From IMG/VR virus record IMGVR_UViG_3300037041_002705, positions 32,001-96,000 of that record: DNA of 64,000 nt; one strand, written 5' to 3'. A program made the translations under genes and the position numbers. The stretch comes from a virus. This document shows, in pieces, positions 30,014 to 39,801 of the stretch. A model generated the notes under the pieces. That model was not told where the DNA came from. It made no database searches and saw only the letters and a program-made list of their open reading frames with translations. The stretch's first letter is position 1. Each line of letters begins with the position of its first letter.

Positions 30014-31675
30014 ATGTTAACACCAGAAGAAAAGAGCGACCTCTCATACAAACAGCTTAATGCCTCCAAGGTTTCAACAAACACGAGGCTTTTGCCATTT
30101 GAAGAGTCAAACCAGTCAGACCTTATAGTGTTTCCAGAGAACATCTGGACGAATGCAAAGGAAATACCAACATCAGGTCCTACCGGATACAATCCATTGT
30201 ACCCGACAGGAACGGGTGCAACAACTGGAACCTCATACGTCTATTCAAGCGCCACTGGTCCTTGGGTCACTAAGAAATGGGTCTACCATCCTCTTGCGTA
30301 TGAGCTTGGTTCAAACTATGCTTTTCGTAATACATCAGAGCCAGTCCTAAACATAATGGACTTCAATATGTTTGGTCCTGAGTATGAGGTATCATTGTAC
30401 TACAAAGATGGTGCGACATTCATAGAGATACCGTTTGGACTTGGAGACTGGGTCGTGAATCATTATTCCGGCGTTGTTACGTTCTATGGTGACCTCCCAG
30501 ATGGTGTCGGCGTTACTGGAAATCTTGGAGATCTTTACATAACAGCATACACTTATGAAGGACCTTTTGGTGTTACTGCAGGTGCAGGACCGCAAGGACC
30601 AACAGGACCTGCGGGAGGACCAACAGGAGACACGGGTGCAGCCGGATCGCAAGGACCGCAAGGAAACCAAGGAAATATTGGGCCTGTCGGCCCTCCTGGA
30701 TCTGCTGGTTCTGGGGGAATACAAGGCCTCCAGGGACTCCAGGGACTCCAAGGACTCCAAGGTGGAGATGGCGCCCAGGGTTTACAAGGTTCAGCCGGTG
30801 TAAGAGGATACCAAGGACTTCAGGGGCAAGCAGGCCCGCAAGGTCTTCAAGGCTTTGGCCTTCAAGGAAATCAAGGCATTCAAGGCCTCCAAGGCCTTCA
30901 AGGTAATCAAGGTAATCAAGGACGTCAAGGTTCTTTGGGTCCAACCGGACCTGCCGGTGACGCTTCTAGTTTTACTGGGCCCCAAGGAAACCAAGGAACA
31001 CAAGGCGCACAAGGTGCACAAGGAAGACAAGGAAACCAAGGTGTTCAGGGTGCACAAGGCACACAAGGATCACAGGGGGCACAAGGAAGGCAAGGTCCTC
31101 AGGGAACACAAGGAAATCAAGGTTCTCAAGGAACACAGGGGGCTCAAGGTGCACAAGGCAACCAAGGCCCTCAGGGAACACAAGGGGCTCAAGGTTCTCA
31201 AGGAACACAGGGGGCTCAAGGTGCACAAGGCAACCAAGGCCCTCAGGGAACACAAGGGGCTCAAGGTTCTCAAGGAACACAGGGGGCTCAAGGGGCACAA
31301 GGCAACCAAGGGCCTCAGGGCAACCAAGGCCCACAAGGACCTGATGGGCCAACTGGAACATGTCCATGCCCAACAAAACCAGTTTATCAAGCAGTTGGGC
31401 CTGTTTCTATATCTGGCTCAACAACATACACGCTTGATTCAAATAATGCAAACGAGGTTCTCTTCTATGGTGCGTCATCTTCAGGATTCACTGTTGATTA
31501 TACACTTTCAAGCAATCCTCCTTCTGGAGAAGCATACGTGTATACAATAGCAAATGTCGGTGGAAATTCATTTACGGTCACGGTAAACACGGGTGAATCA
31601 ACAACTCTTGCGGCAAAGAGAACGCTCGTAATTTACGAGAGCTCAACCTCCATGTTCTCCATACTAACATCATAA
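30014..31675 (+). CDS. Collagen-like tail fibre (paralog 4)
   Basis: Same N-domain (NHYSGVVTF..ITAYTYEG), long Gly-X-Gln run, small C-terminal beta domain. Confidence 0.85.
   Translation: MLTPEEKSDLSYKQLNASKVSTNTRLLPFEESNQSDLIVFPENIWTNAKEIPTSGPTGYNPLYPTGTGATTGTSYVYSSATGPWVTKKWVYHPLAYELGSNYAFRNTSEPVLNIMDFNMFGPEYEVSLYYKDGATFIEIPFGLGDWVVNHYSGVVTFYGDLPDGVGVTGNLGDLYITAYTYEGPFGVTAGAGPQGPTGPAGGPTGDTGAAGSQGPQGNQGNIGPVGPPGSAGSGGIQGLQGLQGLQGLQGGDGAQGLQGSAGVRGYQGLQGQAGPQGLQGFGLQGNQGIQGLQGLQGNQGNQGRQGSLGPTGPAGDASSFTGPQGNQGTQGAQGAQGRQGNQGVQGAQGTQGSQGAQGRQGPQGTQGNQGSQGTQGAQGAQGNQGPQGTQGAQGSQGTQGAQGAQGNQGPQGTQGAQGSQGTQGAQGAQGNQGPQGNQGPQGPDGPTGTCPCPTKPVYQAVGPVSISGSTTYTLDSNNANEVLFYGASSSGFTVDYTLSSNPPSGEAYVYTIANVGGNSFTVTVNTGESTTLAAKRTLVIYESSTSMFSILTS
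31121..31320 (+). repeat. 72-bp tandem repeat (nearly 3 copies) within collagen region
   Basis: Units start at 31121, 31193 and 31265 (ggttctcaaggaacacagggggctcaagg...), encoding GSQGTQGAQGAQGNQGPQGTQGAQ. Confidence 0.9.
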
Positions 31676-31677
31676 TC

Positions 31678-32202
31678 ATGGCAGTTCAAGAACCATTATA
31701 TTGGGTGAATGGGGTTCCAGTGTATCCCAACCAAGTTTCCTATGTGACTCAACAGGTTGATGATACTCCTGATACCATAGATGTAACTGGGGATCTTCTT
31801 ATAAACTCCTTGACTTTTGATAATCCTCTAGACGTAGAGATAAAGAGCGGCCTTCCTCCTTATGAGGTAGCAACAAGTGGCACGTCCTACATATCACTTA
31901 CTGCAGACCAAGAGGTTACGGTCATATACAATGTTGATAACTTTGAAATAACATTTGACATTGCGCAGCCTCCTGCAAAACTTCTGCTTGTCATGTTTTC
32001 TTCTGGAATAATAGGAGGGGGTCTTAAGATAGTTGCAAACCAACTTCTTGGGGCAGGAACAGGATCCATACTTCTGAAAGATGATGATGACATTATAGTT
32101 GATCCAACCGATGTAAATGGATACAACAGAGCATCATTGCTTTTTGTCTCTGACGGTCTAAATTGGATAGAGCTAAGTAGATTTTTGTATACAGCACAAT
32201 GA
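31678..32202 (+). CDS. Small fibre-associated protein
   Basis: C-terminal LLFVSDGLNWIELSR trimeric-tip-type motif. Confidence 0.55.
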   Translation: MAVQEPLYWVNGVPVYPNQVSYVTQQVDDTPDTIDVTGDLLINSLTFDNPLDVEIKSGLPPYEVATSGTSYISLTADQEVTVIYNVDNFEITFDIAQPPAKLLLVMFSSGIIGGGLKIVANQLLGAGTGSILLKDDDDIIVDPTDVNGYNRASLLFVSDGLNWIELSRFLYTAQ

Positions 32203-34910
32203 TAGCAAAGATTCCATCCTTAAGGATAACAGCTGCGCATAGTTATATGGTCGACTACCCATCTGGCGACTATACTCTATTTAGCCAATCCCTTAATGAA
32301 ACATCCCAGTTTGCATTTAGTGATGTTCCAATATATGAGAACAGCATTCCTGCCGCATATGGTAGGTGGTATCTGTTTGATGACAACGGCCTTACCAATA
32401 ACCTCATATATGACGTAAACCACAATGGGCGTTATCATCTCTATTTCAAGGGTCTGAAATATCTGTCAAACATATCAGACCTTTGGTATATGAACTCGAT
32501 ATTGGTTGGGTACAATAACAATCCAAATCCAATATTTGGAAAGAACATATCGGCAGTATCGCTGCAGTCCTTTGCAAACATAAACCTTGCAGTCGATGCA
32601 GCATACCTATCAATGGATTCAATAAAGCCAGCAGGAAAGACTCTGGACGAGGGGCTGTTTGAATCGACTGATGTGGGAATAAGGCTTGTGATGTTTGTTG
32701 ATAAGCTAGATCTTGTGAACAGAACTGTTGGAACAACAACGATAAAAAATCTACAGTTCCACTTCACAATCAAAGCATACCTAATTGATCCTTCTCTTGG
32801 AGGGCAATACCAAGACTTTACGACCACGTCTCTTCTTGGTCAAAAGAGCTTCTACTACGAACAGACGGTTCCAACATATGTAAGATCAAACTTTGCAACA
32901 AAGAATTCACTGAAGACAGGATGGGGACATTTCATATACCCCTTGACGACGAATGATACAACTGCTATAACCTATGTACAGCTAAGCGATGTTATAAAGA
33001 CTGTTTACAACGCAATGATATTTGCACAATCAACCGACAACGTATCATTGAGGGTAAACTCAACAGGTCTTCTTTCCTGGCTAAATACAGATATAACACT
33101 GAAGAATGCGGCAGATGCATACACGCCTTCATCGGTCACGACAAACCAGCCAACAATCCCGGCATTTGGGTTTACGGAAGCAAATGTTCTAAAAGACTGG
33201 CTTGCTGCAATTTCTGCCCAAGCGACCGTCAAGGGCAGCCCATCGGCAGACTTCCTGTTGAGCTATGATAACATATATTGGGAACCCCTGTCCGATCTTT
33301 ACACTGGAGATGTATACTCAAACAGCCCTGCAATATTCATGACTAGGCTGACTACATACTACCAAGGAACTGGACAAAGCCCAATAGATGAGCCCGGAAA
33401 CTTTGAAAACCCAGGAGGGTTCATAAAGTCAAGGAGAAAGTACTTCTTATCGAATCTGATACAGTATGTTGCAAGCAAGTCATCTGTTGATAAAAATCAG
33501 ATATCCCCGTATCTTGAAACAGCAAACCCCGAGAGGTTCCTTGGATCAAAGTTTTTTCCATTTTACAAGTTCAAACAGTATAAGAACAACACATCCGGAA
33601 AGGAGCTACTCGATCTGATAACAGTTCCATTTTCGTCTTCTGAGACTGCAACAAACATCATTGAGTGTGAAACTTCAACTGAAATAAAAAAGGTTGTACC
33701 CGATTCGGTCAATCAGTATAGAAGGAAGATAATAACAAAGCCAGATCTGCTTCCAAGCTCTCTTGGATCAACGACAACCGAAAAGATCAACACAATTGGA
33801 TACGTTCAATATGTGAACAACGATGGAACGTCTGAAAACATACAATTGAATCTGAGCGCAGGAACATCGAGAAGAGAAGTGTTTGCATTTCTTACATGGA
33901 TATACCTTGCTCCAAGCATAATTGGTGAGACTGCACAGTGGACAAAGGGTGGAAGATACTTCACATATGCAAGAGATCTTGAGACCAAGCTGTGGCTTGG
34001 TTATAATGGAAACCGCTGGTCGGAGTATGGAATCTGTGAAATAATCAACTCTGGGATGTATGATACTCCAGAGCTTGCATACAGAGCATACAAAAGAGTT
34101 ATTGAAAAGATCTATGTTTACTCTGACCCATCTCCATCCAATCCTGAATGGAAGGACTTCTACAAATGTCTTCCATCAACAGAGACAATAGAAGAGACAA
34201 CTGAGTATTGCGATCCTTCACCATCTCCCGATGGAAGACAGGTCATAAAAAGAATAAAGAAACAGCGAGTTTCCACAACGGCTGCCGGGGTAAAAACAAA
34301 TGTTGGAAACCCAACGTATGACTACCCTATAACCACCGTCATTCTCAAGAACCAATCACAGATAATAAATGGGACGACCATACTTGGAGACAGGACCATA
34401 GTGTACAAGGAGTGTGGTGAATTCTCTAACACATTTACCCCATATCCTGTTTCACCAACAGGACCGGTCATAAAGACTGGGCCCGGAGGAAACAAGAAGA
34501 GAGAGGTTGATCTTTCACTTGAGGATTTTGTAAATCCTGCCGTGTTTAAGGTAAACACGGTGGTCCTAAGCCCATCAGCATACCCCATACCACTTGTCCT
34601 GGGCGATACGTATTATAAGATAGACTTTGACCCAGATGACGTGGGCGATGAATCATCAGACTATACGATAAGACTATTCCCTGGTAAAAGGGGACAGGTT
34701 TTAATACTGGAAATAAACACCATTGGAACACCATACAAGGGCGTCCAACTCATAAATGCAGACCTTCTAGCAAACAATAAATCATCTCAGAGGACATACA
34801 TCTCAACAGATGTTTGGGGAGATGGCAATGGAAGCCCAGTCAGATCGTATCTCTTTCTTCTTTATGATGGAAATGACTGGATAGAATTTCTGAGACGGGA
34901 TATATACTAG
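32199..34910 (+). CDS. Large hypothetical virion protein
   Basis: 903 aa; C-terminal FLLYDGNDWIEFLR similar to the upstream gene. Confidence 0.6.
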   Translation: MIAKIPSLRITAAHSYMVDYPSGDYTLFSQSLNETSQFAFSDVPIYENSIPAAYGRWYLFDDNGLTNNLIYDVNHNGRYHLYFKGLKYLSNISDLWYMNSILVGYNNNPNPIFGKNISAVSLQSFANINLAVDAAYLSMDSIKPAGKTLDEGLFESTDVGIRLVMFVDKLDLVNRTVGTTTIKNLQFHFTIKAYLIDPSLGGQYQDFTTTSLLGQKSFYYEQTVPTYVRSNFATKNSLKTGWGHFIYPLTTNDTTAITYVQLSDVIKTVYNAMIFAQSTDNVSLRVNSTGLLSWLNTDITLKNAADAYTPSSVTTNQPTIPAFGFTEANVLKDWLAAISAQATVKGSPSADFLLSYDNIYWEPLSDLYTGDVYSNSPAIFMTRLTTYYQGTGQSPIDEPGNFENPGGFIKSRRKYFLSNLIQYVASKSSVDKNQISPYLETANPERFLGSKFFPFYKFKQYKNNTSGKELLDLITVPFSSSETATNIIECETSTEIKKVVPDSVNQYRRKIITKPDLLPSSLGSTTTEKINTIGYVQYVNNDGTSENIQLNLSAGTSRREVFAFLTWIYLAPSIIGETAQWTKGGRYFTYARDLETKLWLGYNGNRWSEYGICEIINSGMYDTPELAYRAYKRVIEKIYVYSDPSPSNPEWKDFYKCLPSTETIEETTEYCDPSPSPDGRQVIKRIKKQRVSTTAAGVKTNVGNPTYDYPITTVILKNQSQIINGTTILGDRTIVYKECGEFSNTFTPYPVSPTGPVIKTGPGGNKKREVDLSLEDFVNPAVFKVNTVVLSPSAYPIPLVLGDTYYKIDFDPDDVGDESSDYTIRLFPGKRGQVLILEINTIGTPYKGVQLINADLLANNKSSQRTYISTDVWGDGNGSPVRSYLFLLYDGNDWIEFLRRDIY
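34899..34907 (+). promoter_or_regulatory. Putative late promoter GATATATAC
   Basis: Overlaps end of previous gene, upstream of 34929. Confidence 0.55.
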
Positions 34911-34928
34911 AATCAAAATTAGATCAAT

Positions 34929-35132
34929 ATGGTAAAGAAGTTTGAACAATGGATAAATGAGTCCCTTCATTCTGGAGTCCCTGTTGACTTCTTCAAGAAG
35001 ATACACCAGTATTCAAAGAAGAGGCCACTGGACATACAGGCGGACATAACAGATGATCTTGTGAACAATGATCTCGAAGACGTTTCACATCACTTCTATG
35101 ATCTTGGAACGAATCCACCAGAGGAGGACTAA
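34929..35132 (+). CDS. Small putative internal head protein
   Basis: MVKKFEQWINES resembles the T4 capsid-targeting sequence. Confidence 0.55.
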   Translation: MVKKFEQWINESLHSGVPVDFFKKIHQYSKKRPLDIQADITDDLVNNDLEDVSHHFYDLGTNPPEED

Positions 35133-35136
35133 TTAA

Positions 35137-35634
35137 ATGTCATCACTAACATCAGGGACGTTTCCCTTTCAGACATCCTCACAGGATGCGTATTCCAATT
35201 ATGAGAACCCTGCCTTTAGAATAAGGATAAGGGACATCCGTGATACTGGCGTCCAAGCTGTAGATGACTACAATGATGTCGATTATTCAAAACAGCTCAA
35301 CATAGGCGAAACAGTAATTGGAAAATCTGCTGACGGGAAGTCTGAAGAGCTTCATAAGGGTGTGATCACAAAGATTGCAACCGATGAGAAGGGGAATCAA
35401 GCAACTGTCACCATAAGATCCAGCAAGAATGAAGAGATAAACCTGAACCCTGATACGGTTGTAAAGGTGCAGGACAAAGGTGATGTATCAGACATAGAGC
35501 TTCTTGGGTACCACGATAACTTCTATGTACCAGGACCTGCAAAAAACATGGTTGAGCCACAGAAGATCACCGGTGAATCTGTGGATAATTCACGAAGAAT
35601 AAAAACATTTTCAGAGTTTAAGAATGGGTTGTAA
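35137..35634 (+). CDS. Hypothetical protein (SH3-like core, C-terminal KTFSEF motif)
   Basis: IGETVIGK..HKGVITKI; RIKTFSEF at C-terminus. Confidence 0.6.
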   Translation: MSSLTSGTFPFQTSSQDAYSNYENPAFRIRIRDIRDTGVQAVDDYNDVDYSKQLNIGETVIGKSADGKSEELHKGVITKIATDEKGNQATVTIRSSKNEEINLNPDTVVKVQDKGDVSDIELLGYHDNFYVPGPAKNMVEPQKITGESVDNSRRIKTFSEFKNGL

Positions 35635-35857
35635 CTGTAAGAAGAAGAACCTCGTATCAACAGTGGTCGAGAAGGTGCAAGAGAAGCTCACGACCATAAC
35701 TGTTTCCGATGCAGTGTACAATGACAGACTGAACACGTGTCAGAGATGCACGTTCTATAGCGCAGAGTCAATGTCTCCTAGGTGCCTTCAATGTGGCTGC
35801 TTCTTGGATGCAAAGGCAAGATTGAGCGATGCTAAATGCCCTCTAGATAAATGGTAG
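35624..35857 (+). CDS. Small Cys-rich protein (DUF6171-like)
   Basis: MGCNCKKK; RLNTCQRC..CLQCGC..KARL..AKCPLDKW. Confidence 0.7.
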   Translation: MGCNCKKKNLVSTVVEKVQEKLTTITVSDAVYNDRLNTCQRCTFYSAESMSPRCLQCGCFLDAKARLSDAKCPLDKW

Positions 35858-37094
35858 GAAGAGATATTCTTACATCATCATGGTCTAGATAAGACCATGC
35901 TGGCAGATTCTTCCTCTCTATCCATATGTGTTTTGCCCTCACACCCAATGCATTAGAAAGCCAATACCCACCGCTATTAAAACACACATATTGTTTTGCA
36001 CTGTATATTATGTCGGCCCATTCTTGAATAGAGGATGGGCTTATTTCTTTTGTTTCAGGGAGCACTGATGAATTAGTTGACAATATGTAGTCAGGCACTA
36101 TCCCGTTCATTTCCAACATGGATCTAAACTTGTTTGGATCTATTAGGGTAAGATCTATAGTCTTTGCTCCTGCATCAATTATAACAGAGTCTCTTAGATT
36201 GTCTATCACATTCGGCTTATAGTAGCATTCTGGAACATTGCCCCTAGTGCCATTATCAAGATCATGGAGCAACATGATGCTATCCATCAAATTTAATGAC
36301 GGCTGTATGTTGTTCCACTTGTCCATCACCCTGTTCATCTGAATCGATGAGTATGTCCCAGGAAGATCTGTGAATCCATCAACGTATGGGTTTGTTCCCC
36401 ACACTAGCTCTGCGTATCCGCTCCCCTTATACTTATTCTTGTTTGAGATCAGAACAGTCTTGAACTTTCCGCTCTCTTTTGCTATCCTTGGTATGTGGCT
36501 GAAAACAAGATTATCTCCTAGGCCATCATAGCCGTCAGGGAGCTGTATGACCAATGTGTCTGTCTTTTGGACGGTCTTTGCTTTGACAAATTCAAGGCCT
36601 GCATTGTTGAAGAACCTGGAGTATAGGTGGTTGTGCTCAGCCTTTCGTGTGTCATAATATGCTGGGTTTCCATGTCTCGTCAGGCTAGCCAGCAGTTCTT
36701 CAGAATCATTGAACCTTGATTGGCTCATGTAGATGTCTATGAGTATCTCATGCGGGACCTCAAAGTACTTGTCTGCTTCATACCTTATGCATCTGTGTAT
36801 CTTCTCACACTGATTGGCAAGCTTTAGAAAATGCACTGCTTGGTCAAAACTCCCAATTGCATAGTAATGGCTTCCTATATCACACAGTGCCTCTGCTCTT
36901 CCTGGGAATATCTCGTGTGCCTTCATGAAAGATTCCAATGGATCTTTTCCAGACATTGACTGACACCTTCCCAGAAGAATAAGAGACCAGTAGACAAACC
37001 TTGCGTCTTCATTGGTTTCAGATATTTCCTTAAACATTGGAAGACATTCTTGATATCTTCCCTTATCAAAGAGTTCGTATGCGTCGTAGAACAT
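35832..37094 (-). CDS. TPR-domain + GT9-like (GT-B) glycosyltransferase
   Basis: TPR helices (KAHEIFPGRAEALCDIG); GLGDNL, NPYVDG, FNSGGYWLSNALG. Confidence 0.6.
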   Translation of the reverse strand: MFYDAYELFDKGRYQECLPMFKEISETNEDARFVYWSLILLGRCQSMSGKDPLESFMKAHEIFPGRAEALCDIGSHYYAIGSFDQAVHFLKLANQCEKIHRCIRYEADKYFEVPHEILIDIYMSQSRFNDSEELLASLTRHGNPAYYDTRKAEHNHLYSRFFNNAGLEFVKAKTVQKTDTLVIQLPDGYDGLGDNLVFSHIPRIAKESGKFKTVLISNKNKYKGSGYAELVWGTNPYVDGFTDLPGTYSSIQMNRVMDKWNNIQPSLNLMDSIMLLHDLDNGTRGNVPECYYKPNVIDNLRDSVIIDAGAKTIDLTLIDPNKFRSMLEMNGIVPDYILSTNSSVLPETKEISPSSIQEWADIIYSAKQYVCFNSGGYWLSNALGVRAKHIWIERKNLPAWSYLDHDDVRISLPTIYLEGI

Positions 37095-37141
37095 ATATAG
37101 GTTATAATTGGGTATTGTTGTTTTAGCACGGAAAAAGGCAA

Positions 37142-37408
37142 ATGTTAATGAATAAATTCAGACCAACGAAGGCCCACATAGTGTATGGAGAGCTGCTAAA
37201 AAGGCCAGATCTGATAGAAATAGATTCATTCAGAGAATCACCTGCATCGAGGGAAACCATCATAAAGATTGGTGATAAGAAGATCATAATGTATTGCATA
37301 ACAGATTGGGTAAACTATCCGCTCGTCTTTTTCAGCGACATGGAATTCAATCTCATCGATAACGCAAAATTTCTAAGAATGGCAGGAAAGTATGTTAAAC
37401 TTAAATGA
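37142..37408 (+). CDS. Hypothetical protein
   Basis: First ORF of + operon, coupled to AAA ATPase. Confidence 0.5.
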   Translation: MLMNKFRPTKAHIVYGELLKRPDLIEIDSFRESPASRETIIKIGDKKIIMYCITDWVNYPLVFFSDMEFNLIDNAKFLRMAGKYVKLK

Positions 37409-38627
37409 TGTTCCATATCTAGGGCTGCACGGAAACCGGTCCGGCGTGTTCAACCTGAACGCTTCTAGCTATCTCTCAAGGGTCCATGGAAAGCCTGCAT
37501 CTTCCATAGTAAAGAAGTGCACATTGAGCCCAGAAAAGTTTAGAGAGTTTGCGCGTGAAAATGGACTTTCTTGCATGTCATCCTATTCATATTCCATGAT
37601 TGACGACACGACAAGCGAAGAGAAATTTATTGACTTTGTGTCGAACAACATCAGAAAGGATTATGTGATTGACTGCTCAACCACAGAAACCTATGCAAAC
37701 GCAGACAATAGTATAGTCGTACAAGTCACCATGAAGGAATACTCTCTTAAGACAGATGATGGCCACAAGCTCATCGTTGAAGTCGACAACACAGAGGTTG
37801 CATTCTTGGAAAAAGACAGAGAGTTCTGTGAAGGCCTATCAAACAGAATAATTCAGACGTGCTACCAAAGGGCAAGCCAGTTCATCGATGAGGATTCTCC
37901 GATCATTGGAATAATAGGATCAACGCCGGAAGGAATGTACGTCAAGGAGTATAATCTTGGAAAGGGCGCAAAGAACCTTTCTGACAAAGAGCTAGACATC
38001 CACTATGGAGACGGTTTCTCTGACTTCCACACAAAGCTGACGTCTCTTCTAAAGTCAGACAGCAAAGGCCTGATAATATTCCACGGACAGCCTGGAACTG
38101 GAAAGACGTACTACATAAGGATGCTTCTTAAGGACCTTGTAAAGAGTAAAAAGAATGTCCTCTATGTGCCATCAAACTTCATTGATTCATTCCTTGATCC
38201 AAGCTTCATAACATTCCTGTCTGATTGGATCCTTGAACAGAACAACCCAACAATAATTCTCCTTGAGGATGCTGAGTGTCTCGTTGAGAGCCGTGATTCT
38301 GGCGTCAGAAGCCTTGGCATATCAAACCTTCTGAACATAACAGATGGTATTCTCAATGACATATTGGGCACACAGATAATACTGACATTCAACACAAACC
38401 TTGACTACATAGACTCTGCTCTTCTTAGGCCTGAGAGGCTTCTTGCAAGAAAAGAGTTTACAAACCTAAGTAAGGAAGAGTCATCAAGGCTGATTGAACA
38501 CTTGGGAATAGACCACGATGCTGGCAATGACATGTCTCTTGCTGACATCTATTCACTAAAGAACAACAGGACTGTTCTGTATCACAACATAAAGGAAAAG
38601 AAGTCTAAGGTGGGGTTTGTCATATGA
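37392..38627 (+). CDS. AAA+ ATPase
   Basis: GQPGTGKT, ILLEDAE, LNITDG, TFNT, ALLRPERL. Confidence 0.9.
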   Translation: MLNLNDVPYLGLHGNRSGVFNLNASSYLSRVHGKPASSIVKKCTLSPEKFREFARENGLSCMSSYSYSMIDDTTSEEKFIDFVSNNIRKDYVIDCSTTETYANADNSIVVQVTMKEYSLKTDDGHKLIVEVDNTEVAFLEKDREFCEGLSNRIIQTCYQRASQFIDEDSPIIGIIGSTPEGMYVKEYNLGKGAKNLSDKELDIHYGDGFSDFHTKLTSLLKSDSKGLIIFHGQPGTGKTYYIRMLLKDLVKSKKNVLYVPSNFIDSFLDPSFITFLSDWILEQNNPTIILLEDAECLVESRDSGVRSLGISNLLNITDGILNDILGTQIILTFNTNLDYIDSALLRPERLLARKEFTNLSKEESSRLIEHLGIDHDAGNDMSLADIYSLKNNRTVLYHNIKEKKSKVGFVI

Positions 38628-39136
38628 GAAAAATAGTGCTGTGCGGGGCTTCATGTTCAGGAAAAACCACAATAAAACAGAACCTTGTTGATAAAGGTTT
38701 TAAGCCTGGTATTTCTTACACAACCCGTGAAATAAGAGAGGGTGAAATAGATGGGGTTGATTATAGATTTGTATCAAAGGAAACGTTTTCTGACCTCATA
38801 AGTAAAGGTGCATTCTTTGAATACGATGATACATTCGATGATTACTACGGAACCTCAAATGATGATTTTGAGAACTGTGATGTTTTCATACTAACGCCAA
38901 AGGCCATAGAAAAATTGAAGACAACAGGGCTCATATCAAAATGCGTAATCGTTTATCTTATGGCACCGATACATGTAAGAATAAAAAGGGCGACAGAGCG
39001 CGGTGATTCCATTGGAAAGATGCTACATAGGATATCAAATGATTCTGCTGCATTTGCTGGGTTCACAGATTATGACCTTGCGATTGAGACAAAAGAAGGA
39101 AACATGGAAGAAGTCATAAACATAATACATCAATAA
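38624..39136 (+). CDS. gmk: Guanylate kinase
   Basis: GASCSGKTT, SYTTREIREGEIDGVDYRFVS, YYGT. Confidence 0.88.
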   Translation: MRKIVLCGASCSGKTTIKQNLVDKGFKPGISYTTREIREGEIDGVDYRFVSKETFSDLISKGAFFEYDDTFDDYYGTSNDDFENCDVFILTPKAIEKLKTTGLISKCVIVYLMAPIHVRIKRATERGDSIGKMLHRISNDSAAFAGFTDYDLAIETKEGNMEEVINIIHQ

Positions 39137-39783
39137 TGAAAAACCCACAGCTTCCAACAGTTGCAGTAATAACTCCAACATACAAGAGGGCAACGAAGAT
39201 AATTGATAGGTGTGTTAGGTCCGTTCAGGGACAGACATACAATGGTCCTGTTATGCACATAATATGTTCTGATGGCCCAGAAGAGGAACATGTAAGAGAG
39301 TACGTTGATTCATTGAATGACCCAGGAGTAATTTATGTGTCAACCGGTGAAAACACGAACTCCTATGGAGGAGGCGTTAGGGAGTATGTTCTTACAAATT
39401 ATATAGAGCCCTTTGAGTATTCCAACATAGAGTACCTTGTTCACATGGATGATGACAACGTCCTTTTTCCACACTTCATAGAAGATAATGTGAATGCCCT
39501 TGAGGCAAACCCGGACAAGGCATTCTCGATATGTAAGATACTCCATCTGGGACCTCTTCCGCAACACCTTGGCCCTGCACCACAAGTCATAAATGGTGTG
39601 CCACCAGTGTTCCAGAACATAGATACACTCCAAGTTGTGGTTCGACGTGAAGCAATGCTACAATGCAGATGGAACACATTCTCTGGCGAACAGGGGTACT
39701 ATAACGATGGATACACATATGATCGTTTGGGAAAGATGTTTGAATGGGTTGAAATACCAGAGCTTTTAGCAGTTCACATCTAG
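39136..39783 (+). CDS. Glycosyltransferase family 2
   Basis: VITPTYKR, SVQGQTY, SDG, HMDDDN. Confidence 0.85.
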   Translation: MKNPQLPTVAVITPTYKRATKIIDRCVRSVQGQTYNGPVMHIICSDGPEEEHVREYVDSLNDPGVIYVSTGENTNSYGGGVREYVLTNYIEPFEYSNIEYLVHMDDDNVLFPHFIEDNVNALEANPDKAFSICKILHLGPLPQHLGPAPQVINGVPPVFQNIDTLQVVVRREAMLQCRWNTFSGEQGYYNDGYTYDRLGKMFEWVEIPELLAVHI

Positions 39784-39788
39784 GCAGT

Positions 39789-39797
39789 GATATATAG
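39789..39797 (+). promoter_or_regulatory. Putative late promoter GATATATAG
   Basis: Core ends 5 nt before ATG 39802. Confidence 0.65.
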
Positions 39798-39801
39798 GTT
39801 C

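Noticed and set aside
31121-31320. Tandem repeat as CRISPR array or origin iterons
   Set aside because: No spacers; in-frame coding repeat
30392-31550. Several long alternative-frame and antisense ORFs over the collagen gene
   Set aside because: Expected by-products of a 9-bp-periodic repeat lacking stop codons
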